A stretch of DNA of 64,000 bases from Candidatus Omnitrophota bacterium (GTDB taxonomy: Bacteria; Omnitrophota; Omnitrophia; Omnitrophales; Omnitrophaceae). The position numbers were made by a program, and so were the translations under genes. Location of the stretch: positions 10,124 through 74,123 of the forward strand of contig JAKQXH010000095.1 in the NCBI GenBank assembly GCA_029561555.1. The letters are read 5' to 3'. A model generated the notes under the pieces. It saw only the letters and a list, made by a program, of their open reading frames with translations, did not search any database and had not been told where the DNA came from. Positions 19,700 to 29,191 of this stretch are shown piece after piece (within the stretch, counting starts at the first letter, position 1; the number at the start of each line of letters is the position of its first letter).

Positions 19700-22552
19700 A
19701 TGCGCGTAAAATCTTTGGAAAAGAAACTCCGTGACACCATTGAAGGGGAAATTCTCTTCGGCGCGGGAAGCCTGGCCCTTTACGCGACCGACGCGTCCAA
19801 TTACCGGCAGATCCCGGTCGGCATCATCCGCCCCAAAAATCTTGAGGCGGTCATCCGCACCGTTCAAATTTGCCGCGAATTTGAAATGCCGATTCTGAAC
19901 CGGGGCGCCGGGACCAGCCTGGCGGGCCAATGCTGTAATGCCGCAATCATCCTCGATTTCTCGAAATATCTGAATCGCATCCTCGAAATCGATGCCAAAA
20001 GAAAAACGGCGCGTGTGGAACCCGGCATCGTGCTCGATACTTTGCAAAACGCTCTCAGGCCTCACGGCCTGATTTTCGGACCCGATCCCGCGACTCACAA
20101 CCGCTGCACCCTCGGAGGCATGATCGGGAACAACGCCTGCGGAGCTCACTCCGTCATGGCGGGAAAAACCGCGGACAATATCGAAGAGCTTGAAATTCTG
20201 ACTTATGACGGGCTGCGCATGAAAGCTGGCCCCCTGAACGAAAACGAACTGGAAACCCTCTCCCGGGAAGACAGTCCCCGGGGAATCATTTATTCAAAAC
20301 TCAAAACCATCCGGGACCGTTACAGCCCGCTGATTTCCGCGCGATACCCCGCTATCCCCCGCCGCGTTTCCGGGTACAATCTCGACGCGCTTCTCCCTTC
20401 TCAAGGATTTCATCTTGCGAAAGCCCTGACGGGAAGCGAAGGCACATGCGTGACCTTTCTGAGCGCCACGCTCAAGCTGATATCCAATCCGCCCGCCCGC
20501 GCGTTGATTGTCCTGGGATACCGGGACGTCTTTGAAGCAGCCGATGCCGTTCCCGAAATCCTTGTCCACAAACCGATCGCCGTTGAAGGGTTGGATGAAA
20601 ATTATATCCGGCGCATGAAAAAAAGGGCTTTGAACCTCAAAGAGATTTCGCTTCTGCCGGAAGGAAACGGCTGGCTCATCGCGGAATTCGCAGGAAACAC
20701 GCAGGAAGAAGCGGAAAGCCGGGCCCAAACCGCCCTGAAGGGGTTGAACCGGCATGCGGCTTCGCTTCAGGCAAAGCTTTTTGCCGATGCCCGCCGGCAG
20801 AAATTGATCTGGGCCGTCCGCGAATCGACTTTCGGATCGTCCGTCTTCGTTCCGGGAGAAAAAGACACTTACGCCGGATTTGAAGATTCCGCGGTCGCCC
20901 CGGAAAAACTCGGCCGCTATCTCCGGGAACTTCAGAAACTTTACGATAAGCACGGTTACGACTCCATCACCTACGGGCATTTCGGCGACGGATGCGTTCA
21001 CACCCGCTTAAGTTTTGATCTCCGTACGGAAAAAGGCATTCTTCAATATCGCGCTTTTGTCGCGGAAGCCGCCGAACTGGTCTCCCGGTACGGAGGGTCT
21101 CTTTCCGGCGAGCACGGCGACGGCCAGAATTGGGGCGAATTCCTTCCCCTCATGTACGGAGAGGAACTCGTGGAAGCGTTCCGGGAATTCAAAACGGTCT
21201 GGGATCCCCGGAACCGGATGAACCCCGGCAAACTGATCGACGCGTGCCGCTGCGACGAAAACCTCCGCCTAAAAAATTACAAAACTCTCAAACAACCCAA
21301 ACTGCATTTTACCTTTCAGGAAGACGGCGGAAACTTTTCCCGCACAACGGAGCGGTGCATCGGTATCGCCAAATGTCTCAAAACGGACGAAGGCGTGATG
21401 TGCCCCAGTTACATGGCAACCCGCGAGGAAAAATATTCGACCCGAGGCAGGGCCCGACTGCTCCATGAAATGCTACGCGGCGAAATCCTGAAAGGCGGAT
21501 GGCGCGATCCGGACGTGAAAGAAGCCATGGAAACCTGCCTGGCCTGCAAAGCCTGCCGGAGCGAATGCCCCGTCTCGGTGGATGTCGCGACTTACAGAGC
21601 GGAATTTCTTTCTCACTACTACCGAAACCGGGTCAGACCCCTGAGCGCTTACGTTTTCGGATACCTGCATTGGGGATGCGCCATCGCAAAGCGGATGCCG
21701 CGGCTCGCCAATTTTCTCACGCAAACACCCGGGCTAAGCCGTTTGATTAAATCCGCTTTCGGGATCGCGCCTCAAAGAAATCTTCCAGTTTTCGCGCCGG
21801 AGACTTTCCGGAGCTGGTTTTTTAAACGCCCTCTCCGAAACGCAACCGGTCCGAAAATGATGCTGTGGACGGACCTTTACAATGACTGTTTCACGCCGAA
21901 AGTCCTCAAATCAGCCTGCGCCGTTCTTGAAACGGCGGGATTTCGCGTGACGATTCCTGAAAAACCGCTTCACGCCGGACGGCCGTTTTATGATCAAGGG
22001 ATGCTGTCAGCCGCGAAACGGACTCTCGAAAAAATCCTCCGTCACTTGGCCGCCCGCATAGAGAAGGAAATGCCCATTGTCGTTTTGGAACCGAGCGACG
22101 CCTCGGTGTTCCGGGACGAAATGCTTCACTTCTTTCCTCAAAACGAAAACGCGCGTCGGTTGGCCGGCCGTATTTTTCTGTTCGCGGAATTCCTCGAAAA
22201 ACACGCCCCTCTTCTCGCCTTTCGCCCGACCTCACAGAAAGCCGTCGTTCTGGGGCATTGTCATCAAAAAAGTTTAAGCGGGACGGAAGCGGATTCCCGG
22301 ATTCTTTCCCGGTCCGGATTGGACTTCGAAATTTTGGATTCGAGTTGCTGCGGAATGGCGGGCGCTTTCGGATTCAAAAAAGAGACTTACGCGATTTCGA
22401 TGCAAGTCGCTGAGAAAACTCTATTTCCGGCCCTGAGAAAAGCCGATCAAAGCACCTGGATCCTCGCCGACGGGTTCAGCTGCCGCGAACAGGTCAAAGC
22501 CGCGGGACGATCCGCCATACATCTTGCCGAAGCGCTTCATCGGCTGTTATAA
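19700..22552 (+). CDS. FAD-binding oxidoreductase fused to 4Fe-4S and Cys-rich (CCG) domains (GlcD/GlcF-type fusion, YdiJ-like D-2-hydroxyacid dehydrogenase family)
   Basis: ORF track 19646..22552. Start trimmed to ATG 19700: MRVKSLEKKLRDTIEGEILFGAGSLALYATDASNYRQIPVGIIRP is the usual FAD_binding_4 N-terminus. Motifs: NRGAGTSLAGQ, YGHFGDGCVH, SGEHGDGQ; Fe-S clusters CIGIAKC..CPSY and CLACKACRSECP; C-terminal CCGMAG. Confidence 0.85.
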   Translation: MRVKSLEKKLRDTIEGEILFGAGSLALYATDASNYRQIPVGIIRPKNLEAVIRTVQICREFEMPILNRGAGTSLAGQCCNAAIILDFSKYLNRILEIDAKRKTARVEPGIVLDTLQNALRPHGLIFGPDPATHNRCTLGGMIGNNACGAHSVMAGKTADNIEELEILTYDGLRMKAGPLNENELETLSREDSPRGIIYSKLKTIRDRYSPLISARYPAIPRRVSGYNLDALLPSQGFHLAKALTGSEGTCVTFLSATLKLISNPPARALIVLGYRDVFEAADAVPEILVHKPIAVEGLDENYIRRMKKRALNLKEISLLPEGNGWLIAEFAGNTQEEAESRAQTALKGLNRHAASLQAKLFADARRQKLIWAVRESTFGSSVFVPGEKDTYAGFEDSAVAPEKLGRYLRELQKLYDKHGYDSITYGHFGDGCVHTRLSFDLRTEKGILQYRAFVAEAAELVSRYGGSLSGEHGDGQNWGEFLPLMYGEELVEAFREFKTVWDPRNRMNPGKLIDACRCDENLRLKNYKTLKQPKLHFTFQEDGGNFSRTTERCIGIAKCLKTDEGVMCPSYMATREEKYSTRGRARLLHEMLRGEILKGGWRDPDVKEAMETCLACKACRSECPVSVDVATYRAEFLSHYYRNRVRPLSAYVFGYLHWGCAIAKRMPRLANFLTQTPGLSRLIKSAFGIAPQRNLPVFAPETFRSWFFKRPLRNATGPKMMLWTDLYNDCFTPKVLKSACAVLETAGFRVTIPEKPLHAGRPFYDQGMLSAAKRTLEKILRHLAARIEKEMPIVVLEPSDASVFRDEMLHFFPQNENARRLAGRIFLFAEFLEKHAPLLAFRPTSQKAVVLGHCHQKSLSGTEADSRILSRSGLDFEILDSSCCGMAGAFGFKKETYAISMQVAEKTLFPALRKADQSTWILADGFSCREQVKAAGRSAIHLAEALHRLL

Positions 22553-22590
22553 AAATAAAAGTAAGAGGGTCTCACCTTTTTGTAAGGACC

Positions 22591-22640
22591 ACAGACTACA
22601 GTTTGAAGACTAAAGATAAAAAAGCTAATAGAGGAAGGGG
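22591..22640. repeat. RAAGACY heptamer element, copy 1 (~50 bp)
   Basis: acagact acagttt gaagact aaagata aaaaagc taatagaggaagggg. It aligns position-for-position (41/50 by my count) with copy 2 at 23021-23070. Confidence 0.7.
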
Positions 22641-22655
22641 TATAAGCTATTTAAT

Positions 22656-22985
22656 TTAGGCGTTTTTGATCATCGTCAAAATCATTTTAAACTTCCTGAC
22701 GGCACGCAATGCGTGAGGTTCGTTTGCCGGCATCATAATCATCTCGCCCTTCTTTAAGCGAAAAGGCTTCCCCGAGATAATAATTTCGGCTTCCCCGTCA
22801 ACCAAATGCACCAACGCGTCAAAAGGCGCGGTATGTTCCCGAAGTCCCTGCCCTTTGTCAAACGCAAAAAGCGTAATCAGACCGGCTTTCTTATCCGTAA
22901 CCGTCTTGCTGACGACAGTCCCTTTCTGATAAGCCAGCAACTTCACCGGATCCAAAACGCGTCCACCGACAGTTTTTGTTTTCAT
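22656..22985 (-). CDS. Cupin-domain protein
   Basis: 109 aa. GQGLREHTAPFDALVHLVDGEAEIIISGKPFRLKKGEMIMMPANEPHAL carries cupin motifs 1 and 2 (H..H...G / P...PH). Confidence 0.8.
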   Translation of the reverse strand: MKTKTVGGRVLDPVKLLAYQKGTVVSKTVTDKKAGLITLFAFDKGQGLREHTAPFDALVHLVDGEAEIIISGKPFRLKKGEMIMMPANEPHALRAVRKFKMILTMIKNA

Positions 22986-23020
22986 TTAAAGTTCCTTTTA
23001 GGGGGCAGCCCCCCTTTGGT

Positions 23021-23070
23021 AAAGACTACAGACTGAAGACCAAAGACAGAAAAGCTAGTAGAAAAAGGGG
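23021..23070. repeat. RAAGACY heptamer element, copy 2 (~50 bp)
   Basis: aaagact acagact gaagacc aaagaca gaaaagc tagtagaaaaagggg. Same orientation as copy 1. The two copies bracket the cupin gene. Confidence 0.7.
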
Positions 23071-23082
23071 CGGAGCCCCTTT
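23064..23082 (-). terminator. Rho-independent terminator of thrH
   Basis: AAAGGGGC-gga-GCCCCTTT hairpin one base after the thrH stop (23084-23086). On the minus strand it is followed by TTTTTC. Confidence 0.6.
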
Positions 23083-23083
23083 C

Positions 23084-23674
23084 TTATTCAGCAAAAGCTT
23101 TCAAAAGCTCGCGGTAATTTTTTGTTATCTTGAATTGAGGATATTCCGCGACAATTTTCCGAGGCGGCTTGAAAAGGACTCCCCGATCCGCGGCTTTGAG
23201 CATTGAAATATCGTTGTAGGAATCACCTGCCGCCCACACCGTAAACCCCAGCTGCTTAAGCCCCTCAACCGCCTTTTCCTTCCCGTTCTTCTGCCGGAGA
23301 TGGTAATTCACGATAAATCCGTTCGAATCCGTCGCAAGCCAGTTGCAGAACAAAGCCGGATAGCCGAGTTTTTTCATCAGCGGCCCCGCAAACTCATAGT
23401 ACGTATCGGACAGGATGATGACTTGGAACCGGGCGCGAAGTTTGTTCAAAAAATCTTTCGCTCCAACCAGAGGGTAAATCTTTGCGATAACGTTTTGGAT
23501 GTCCCGGAGCTTGATCCCGTGCTGGCGCAAAATGGCCAGCCGTCTTTTCATCAAAGCGTCATAATCGGGACAATCGCGTGTGGTAAGCCTCAATTCCTTG
23601 ATTCGGGTCTTCTCAGCCACCGCGATCCAGATCTCGGGCACCAATACCCCTTCCAAATCCAAGCAACAGATCAT
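23084..23674 (-). CDS. thrH: HAD-IB phosphoserine phosphatase / homoserine phosphotransferase, ThrH-like
   Basis: ORF track 23084..23779. Start trimmed to ATG 23674, with GAGGGG 6 nt upstream. MICCLDLEGVLVPEIWIAVAEKTRI...RFQVIILSDTYYEF...AAGDSYNDISML closely follows the ThrH pattern as I recall it (CLDLEGVLVPEIWIA, ILSDTFYEF, AAGDSYND). Confidence 0.75.
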   Translation of the reverse strand: MICCLDLEGVLVPEIWIAVAEKTRIKELRLTTRDCPDYDALMKRRLAILRQHGIKLRDIQNVIAKIYPLVGAKDFLNKLRARFQVIILSDTYYEFAGPLMKKLGYPALFCNWLATDSNGFIVNYHLRQKNGKEKAVEGLKQLGFTVWAAGDSYNDISMLKAADRGVLFKPPRKIVAEYPQFKITKNYRELLKAFAE

Positions 23675-23753
23675 TTCCGTTCCCCTCTCAAAACCGATTC
23701 TTTTCCCCAAAAAAGAGTTCGAGGAAAGTATAATAATTTTCACGTATGTTACC

Positions 23754-24917
23754 ATGAAAATTCTAATCGCACCTGACAAATTTAAGGGGACCTTGTCTTC
23801 CCGGGAAGCCGCCCGTGCCGTTGCGGAAGGGATACGGAAATCCTGTCCTCAAGCCGTGATTGAAACGCTGATCGTGAGCGACGGCGGGCAGGGATTTATC
23901 GAAGCGCTCGAACAGGCAGAGCGGCTCACTCGACACCGGGTCCGGATCCCCGGCCCATTGGGAAAAAACGTTCCGGCCTATTTTGGGATTTCCGGAAACC
24001 GAAAACGGGTTTATATCGAATCCTGCCACGCAACCGGATTTCATCTCGTGCCGGGGAAAAAGCGAAACCCTTTTCTGACGTCATCCGCGGGGCTTGCCGT
24101 TCTGCTGAAACGCGCGCTGGCGCTGAACCCCGCTGAAATTTACGTCGGCCTCGGCTCAAGCGCTACCTGCGATGCGGGAATCCCGGTCGCAAGAAAATTC
24201 GGCTATCAATTTTATGATGAAAAAGGGAGGACCCTCACGGGGAATCCCTGCGAATTGGAAAGGATCCGAAAAATCAAAAAGCCTTCGCGCCTTTTCACGG
24301 GAAAAACGATTCCGAAAATCTACGCGGTATCCGATGCCTTCAACCCGCCCGTCGGAAAACTGGGAGGCGTCCGGATTTACAGTCCGCAAAAAGGAGCGCG
24401 CCCGGCCCAGGTTCTCCGGCTCGAGAAAGGGATCAAAAATCTTCTCGCCGTCATCCAAAAAAGCTCGGGACGCAAACTCTCCCGTCTCCGGGGAGGCGGC
24501 GCGGCCGGATGTCTCGCGCTGGGCCTTCATTTTTTCTTCGGCGCCCGAATCGTCCCGGGGACCGAATTCGTCTTCAAGAAGCTTCGCCTCCGGGAAAAAA
24601 TACGGAATGCCGCGGTTATCGTCACCGGCGAAGGCAGTTTTGACGAACAATCTTTCTACGGGAAAATCGCGGGAAAAATCGTGAAGACCGCGAGAAAACA
24701 CGGAAAAACAATATTTCTCGTAACGGGGCGGAAACGCATTCCTCAAAAATTAAACCGGCGGATTGACGGTTCTTTTTCCGTCGAAGCGATAGTCAACAAA
24801 GGAAGGAAATCGTCCCGGATGGAATCTAGCGCAGCGCTTCGGAAAGCCGGGAAAGCCCTCGGAGACATTTTGAAAAAAGACCCGTTTTCGCGGAGCCGGA
24901 AGGAGCCCTGTCTTTGA
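23754..24917 (+). CDS. glxK: Glycerate kinase
   Basis: ORF track 23580..24917. Start trimmed to ATG 23754: MKILIAPDKFKGTLSSREAARAVAEGI...VSDGGQGF is the canonical glycerate-kinase N-terminus. The C-terminal part has VTGEGSFDEQSFYGK. Confidence 0.85.
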   Translation: MKILIAPDKFKGTLSSREAARAVAEGIRKSCPQAVIETLIVSDGGQGFIEALEQAERLTRHRVRIPGPLGKNVPAYFGISGNRKRVYIESCHATGFHLVPGKKRNPFLTSSAGLAVLLKRALALNPAEIYVGLGSSATCDAGIPVARKFGYQFYDEKGRTLTGNPCELERIRKIKKPSRLFTGKTIPKIYAVSDAFNPPVGKLGGVRIYSPQKGARPAQVLRLEKGIKNLLAVIQKSSGRKLSRLRGGGAAGCLALGLHFFFGARIVPGTEFVFKKLRLREKIRNAAVIVTGEGSFDEQSFYGKIAGKIVKTARKHGKTIFLVTGRKRIPQKLNRRIDGSFSVEAIVNKGRKSSRMESSAALRKAGKALGDILKKDPFSRSRKEPCL

Positions 24918-25037
24918 ACTGCCTTTGCGGTTTTTCCCGAGCCGTCGGGGCTTTCACCTCCCAGAACAGCCCCGGTCTTTGAGAGCCTGACGGCATCCCG
25001 AAGATCCAGGGCCTGCGATATTCGATTTCAAGGCGCT

Positions 25038-25253
25038 TCATGCGGAAGGCATCCTGCGGGGATCCTCCAGGAGATCCTGCACTTCGAAAGATTTTGCGCC
25101 AAATTCTTTGGCGATCTTGATAAACTCGGCGCACTCCTCGTATCTCCCCTCCTGCAAGGCTTCCCGGAGATAAAGCAGCGCGGTCAGTTTAACCGGATTC
25201 TTTTTGACTTTCCGGACTCCCGGTGCGCTCAATGGATTCATAGTCGGACTCAT
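25038..25253 (-). CDS. Hypothetical small helical protein (71 aa)
   Basis: ATG at 25253 with GAGAGGGG upstream. Non-repetitive composition (…LTALLYLREALQEGRYEECAEFIKIAKEFGAKSFEVQDLLEDP…). I recognise no family. Confidence 0.45.
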   Translation of the reverse strand: MSPTMNPLSAPGVRKVKKNPVKLTALLYLREALQEGRYEECAEFIKIAKEFGAKSFEVQDLLEDPRRMPSA

Positions 25254-25631
25254 GTTGCACCCCTCTCTGAATCTTCTTGAACACTTCCCTTTTGTTTCAT
25301 CGACGCTTCGTTCTTCCTATTCATATTCACAATGCCTTCTCCGGAAAATAAAACCGTCACTCCTGAAACGAGGTGACGGCCATCCCCCCTATCTCTTTCC
25401 CCGATATAAAAACCGGTTTCTTGAAAGCCATGCGATTAAATCGGCAAAACAGAGAAAATAATTCAGGATTAATTTTAAAACTTTAAAAAAAATATTTTTC
25501 TCACTATATTTGGTATGCGGCGTTTCGAGAAGCATACAAAATCTAGGCCTGATTTTCCAGTTCTCCCCCACATTTCGATCTTTTACGTTTGCCGCCGGTT
25601 CTTTTGTTTTAGAATCATTCGATTTATGCGA

Positions 25632-25660
25632 TTGTCATTTCCGGAATCGTTTTGTATGAT
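25632..25660 (+). promoter_or_regulatory. Candidate sigma70-type promoter of tpx
   Basis: TTGTCA (25632-25637), 17-nt spacer, TATGAT (25655-25660), about 34 nt upstream of the tpx ATG. AAAGGAG Shine-Dalgarno at about 25680. Confidence 0.4.
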
Positions 25661-25693
25661 GTTCCCGAGACTCAAAAATGAAAGGAGCCGCCG

Positions 25694-26215
25694 ATGTCCA
25701 CGGAAAGAAAAGGCGTCATCACATTCCAATCCAATCCTCTAACGCTGGTCGGCCCCGAGATAAGGCCGGGAGACCCGGCCCCGGATTTCAAAGTCACCGC
25801 CGGAGATCTGTCGCCGGCCGGACTCAAGGATTTTCAGGGAAAAACTATTCTGATCAGCGTCGTTCCCTCCCTCGATACGCCGGTTTGCGACATGCAAACG
25901 AGAAAATTTAATCAGGAAATCGGAAATCTGGCGGGAGAGTTTTCCGCGCTTACGATCAGCATGGACCTCCCTTTCGCACAAAAAAGATTCTGTTCCACCG
26001 CCGGCATCGAAAAAATCAAAACCCTTTCCGATTATCAAGACGCGTCTTTCGGTATCGCCTACGGAGTCCTGATCAAGGAACTGCGGCTTTTAACGCGGGC
26101 GGTTTTCATCGTCGGCAGAGACGGAAAAATCCGCTATGCCGAATACGTGAAGGAAATCACCCAGCATCCCGATTATGAAAAAGCCCTTCAGGCGCTGAAA
26201 GCGGCATTAGCCTGA
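25694..26215 (+). CDS. tpx: Thiol peroxidase (atypical 2-Cys peroxiredoxin)
   Basis: 173 aa. GDPAPDFKVTAGDLSPAGLKDFQGKTILISVVPSLDTPVCDMQTRKFN ... RAVFIVGRDGKIRYAEYV is the Tpx signature with peroxidatic Cys in PSLDTPVC. Confidence 0.9.
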   Translation: MSTERKGVITFQSNPLTLVGPEIRPGDPAPDFKVTAGDLSPAGLKDFQGKTILISVVPSLDTPVCDMQTRKFNQEIGNLAGEFSALTISMDLPFAQKRFCSTAGIEKIKTLSDYQDASFGIAYGVLIKELRLLTRAVFIVGRDGKIRYAEYVKEITQHPDYEKALQALKAALA

Positions 26216-26267
26216 GATCCGGAAAATCCTGTTTCCCATTTCCCCGCCGCCGGGTAAGATATCGCTT

Positions 26268-27776
26268 ATGAATTTTTTCGCGTCGAAAAAAACCGGCCGG
26301 GGATGGCTCATTTTTTTTACCGCTCTCGTCTGCCGCCTGCTTCATCTCGTTGCGGTAAAAGATTTCATCCCGTTCAAAAACCTCCTCGGAGACGTCTATT
26401 TCTTCGATCAATTCGCCTGGAAAATCGCGACCGGAGCCGCTCATTCGGAAACTCTGACCGCCACCCTGACACCGGTATACCTGGCGTTTCTCGGAGCCTG
26501 CTACAAATTATTCGGACATCAATTGCTGGTCCCCCGGCTGATCCAAATCGTCCTCGGAAGCTTAAGCTGCGTATTGATTTACAAAACGGGAAAAATCCTG
26601 TGGAACCGGGCCGCCGGGACCCTTGCGGGTTTTATCGCCGCTTTCTACGGAATTTTCATTTTCTATGACGCGGAGCTCCGCAAGCCCTGTCTGGTCAATT
26701 TCCTGCTTATTTCGACTTTGTACCTTCTCTCGAAAGTTTCCGCCAAGCAAGGGATCACCCGCTGGATTCTCGCGGCTATCGCTTTTTCAACCGCCGCGAG
26801 TCTCCGCATGAATCTTGCCATCGGTCTTCTCGCGATTCTCCTCTGGAGCGTTATCTGCCTTCGCCGCACGTACAAACGGACGGATCTTCTTTTCTACTTG
26901 TCGATCTTTATGCTGACCTTCTTCGTCGTCCTGACGGCCTGGCGGGTCTGGTTCAACCATGTCCTTCCCCGTCAGGAAGCCTCGTTCGAAGAAAGCGGTC
27001 TCCATTTTTACATCGGCAATCATCCGGACGCGACGGGCACGTACGGGCGGGTCAAAGGAATCCGGGCGGGCGCGCTCGGCCACACGCAGGATTCCAGAAA
27101 AATCGTCGAAACCGAATTCAGACGGCCGGTCACCAACGAAGAAATCAACCGCTACTGGTGGAACAAAGGCGTTCGCTTTATTCTGGAGAATCCTTCTCGA
27201 TGGATTGCCCTGGAAGCCAAAAAACTCTTCCTCATCCTGAACGCGTATGAAATCCCGAACGACGAAAATTTCGATTTCACGCGCCGGAATTCCTGGTTTT
27301 TGTCATTTCCCCTTCTTTCCTTCGGATGGGTGGCACCGTTCGGATTCCTGGGGATTTTCTGCCTCAGAAAAGAGAAAAATCCCGCGGCCTATCTGCTTCC
27401 CCTCATACTCGGGTTCTACATTTTCTCCCTGCTGCTGATTTTCGTGACTTCCGCCTACCGGCTCCCCATGCAAATTCCGCTGATCCTGCTGGCGGCCCGG
27501 GGTATTCTTTGTCTCAGAGAAACATGGGTCTCAAAAAAGGCGGGCTTGTTCGGCTTTTACTGCGGAGTCCTTTTCTTCTTCTTTGTCACCGTCAACCGGG
27601 TGACCTTTCTGCCAAAATACCGTTATGACAATTTTATGACCGTGAGGATCGAAAGAACGCAAAAACAACTCACCCAACAGCAGGCCCGGAAGCTTTCCTC
27701 CCAAAAACCCAGGGGGGCAATTCTTACGTCATCTTCTCCGGCATCCTCATCACCACGAAGTTCACAAGTTTCCTAG
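26268..27776 (+). CDS. Polytopic membrane glycosyltransferase, GT-C fold (GT39/ArnT/PMT-like)
   Basis: 502 aa with more than 10 hydrophobic helices. The N-terminal pattern (...LLGDVYFFDQFAW..., ...LVPRLIQIVLGSLSCVLIY...) is typical of ArnT/PMT_2 family proteins. The C-terminal tail is low-complexity. Confidence 0.6.
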   Translation: MNFFASKKTGRGWLIFFTALVCRLLHLVAVKDFIPFKNLLGDVYFFDQFAWKIATGAAHSETLTATLTPVYLAFLGACYKLFGHQLLVPRLIQIVLGSLSCVLIYKTGKILWNRAAGTLAGFIAAFYGIFIFYDAELRKPCLVNFLLISTLYLLSKVSAKQGITRWILAAIAFSTAASLRMNLAIGLLAILLWSVICLRRTYKRTDLLFYLSIFMLTFFVVLTAWRVWFNHVLPRQEASFEESGLHFYIGNHPDATGTYGRVKGIRAGALGHTQDSRKIVETEFRRPVTNEEINRYWWNKGVRFILENPSRWIALEAKKLFLILNAYEIPNDENFDFTRRNSWFLSFPLLSFGWVAPFGFLGIFCLRKEKNPAAYLLPLILGFYIFSLLLIFVTSAYRLPMQIPLILLAARGILCLRETWVSKKAGLFGFYCGVLFFFFVTVNRVTFLPKYRYDNFMTVRIERTQKQLTQQQARKLSSQKPRGAILTSSSPASSSPRSSQVS

Positions 27777-28527
27777 GCAGAAGCCTCGAGACATAGGCAA
27801 TCAAGCGGTTCTGCCATCCGCTGATCACGATTCTTTTTCCTTTCATCAGCGCTTTGTAGCCGATTTGAGCCGCTTTCCCCGCGTCCATCATGCAATCGTC
27901 AAGCCACTTAAGCTTTTTCACGCCCGCAGTTTTGTCAAATTCCGTGCGGGTCCGTCCCGGGCAAAAAGCCGTCACCGTCACTCCCGTGCCGGCAAGTTCG
28001 TTACCCAGAGACTCCGTAAACGACAAAACATACGCCTTCGACGCGTAATAGGTCGCCATAAAAGGGCCGGCCTGATAAGCCCCCAAGGACGCTACGTTCA
28101 TGATCCGGCCCCGCCGACGTGAAATCATGTCTTTCAGGAAAAGTCGGGTTAAAAGCGTCAAAGCCGTGATATTGACCTCAAGCAAAGCACGAACCCCCGC
28201 AGGATCCGAATTCACAAAACGCCCGAACATTCCAAACCCCGCGTTATTCACCAAAATATCCACCTGGACCGATTCTTGTTTCAGCGTTTCGTAAATTTCC
28301 CGCGAAGCTTCGGGCAGCGACAAGTCCTTGACCATTGTTTTCACGGCGACTCCGTAAGCTTTTTCGAACTCGTCCGCCGCGCGGCGAAGCCGCTCCCGGT
28401 CCCTTGCGATCAAAATAAGATTGTACCCGTCTTCAGCAAGAAGCCGGCACAGTTCATAGCCCAGCCCTCTTGACGCCCCGGTAATGAGCGCTGTCTTCCC
28501 GGCATTGAAATCATTCGTTCCGTCCAT
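27724..28527 (-). CDS. Short-chain dehydrogenase/reductase (SDR)
   Basis: ORF track 27724..28563. Start trimmed to ATG 28527, with GGGAGGAG upstream. Motifs: TALITGASRGLG (TGxxxGxG), NNAG, YYASKA (YxxxK). Confidence 0.85.
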   Translation of the reverse strand: MDGTNDFNAGKTALITGASRGLGYELCRLLAEDGYNLILIARDRERLRRAADEFEKAYGVAVKTMVKDLSLPEASREIYETLKQESVQVDILVNNAGFGMFGRFVNSDPAGVRALLEVNITALTLLTRLFLKDMISRRRGRIMNVASLGAYQAGPFMATYYASKAYVLSFTESLGNELAGTGVTVTAFCPGRTRTEFDKTAGVKKLKWLDDCMMDAGKAAQIGYKALMKGKRIVISGWQNRLIAYVSRLLPRKLVNFVVMRMPEKMT

Positions 28528-28612
28528 TCGCTTCTCCTCCCGAATAAAAATCCGCAAAAACACAAAATTGCTTTGATAAAGAGAATTTTCCCGATTATAA
28601 TCCGTTCTTGCG

Positions 28613-29191
28613 ATGAAAAAAACAATCTATCTGCTTACAATTTTAGTTTTTCTTGCCGGATGCGCAACCCAAAAAAAGGAGTCGACGAACGCCATGTCCG
28701 ATCAAAAATCCGCGTCTCAAATCGTGAAAATCCGCATCGAAACGACCATGGGAGATATAGACGCGGATCTTTATGCCGACAAAGCCCCTAAAACCGTCGC
28801 AAATTTCGTCTCCCTCGCCGATAAGGGCTTCTATGACGGATTGACATTCCATCGCGTCATCCCCGGTTTCATGATCCAGACGGGCGACCCGACCGGAACG
28901 GGAGCCGGAGGCCCCGGTTACAAATTCGAGGACGAATTCTCACCGGCACTCAAACACGATAAACCGGGCATCCTCTCAATGGCCAACAGCGGTCCCAACA
29001 CAAACGGCAGTCAATTCTTCATTACCGAAAAGCCGACCTCATGGCTGGACGGGAAACATTCCGTTTTCGGGCAGGTCACGTCCGGGATGGAAACCGTTAA
29101 GAAAATCGCAAGCGTCCCCCGCGACCGGATGGACAGACCCTTGGCGCCGGTTATCATGAAAAAAGTAACGGTGCTAAAGGCATCCTCCTAA
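28613..29191 (+). CDS. Peptidyl-prolyl cis-trans isomerase, cyclophilin type, probable lipoprotein
   Basis: 192 aa. Lipobox LVFLAGC. Motifs: [42 protein letters not shown]. Confidence 0.9.
   Translation: MKKTIYLLTILVFLAGCATQKKESTNAMSDQKSASQIVKIRIETTMGDIDADLYADKAPKTVANFVSLADKGFYDGLTFHRVIPGFMIQTGDPTGTGAGGPGYKFEDEFSPALKHDKPGILSMANSGPNTNGSQFFITEKPTSWLDGKHSVFGQVTSGMETVKKIASVPRDRMDRPLAPVIMKKVTVLKASS

Noticed and set aside
19299-19740. Short ORFs inside the intergenic repeats (19299..19508 +, 19455..19637 -, 19474..19740 -) and the 5' extension of the oxidoreductase ORF (19646-19699).
   Set aside because: They lie within duplicated GC-rich repeat sequence, have no RBS and have biased composition. 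The oxidoreductase family N-terminus begins at the ATG at 19700.
19559-21001. Minus-strand ORFs 19559..20149 (196 aa) and 20294..21001 (235 aa).
   Set aside because: They are antisense to the well-supported FAD/Fe-S oxidoreductase gene. Composition is low-complexity and there are no motifs.
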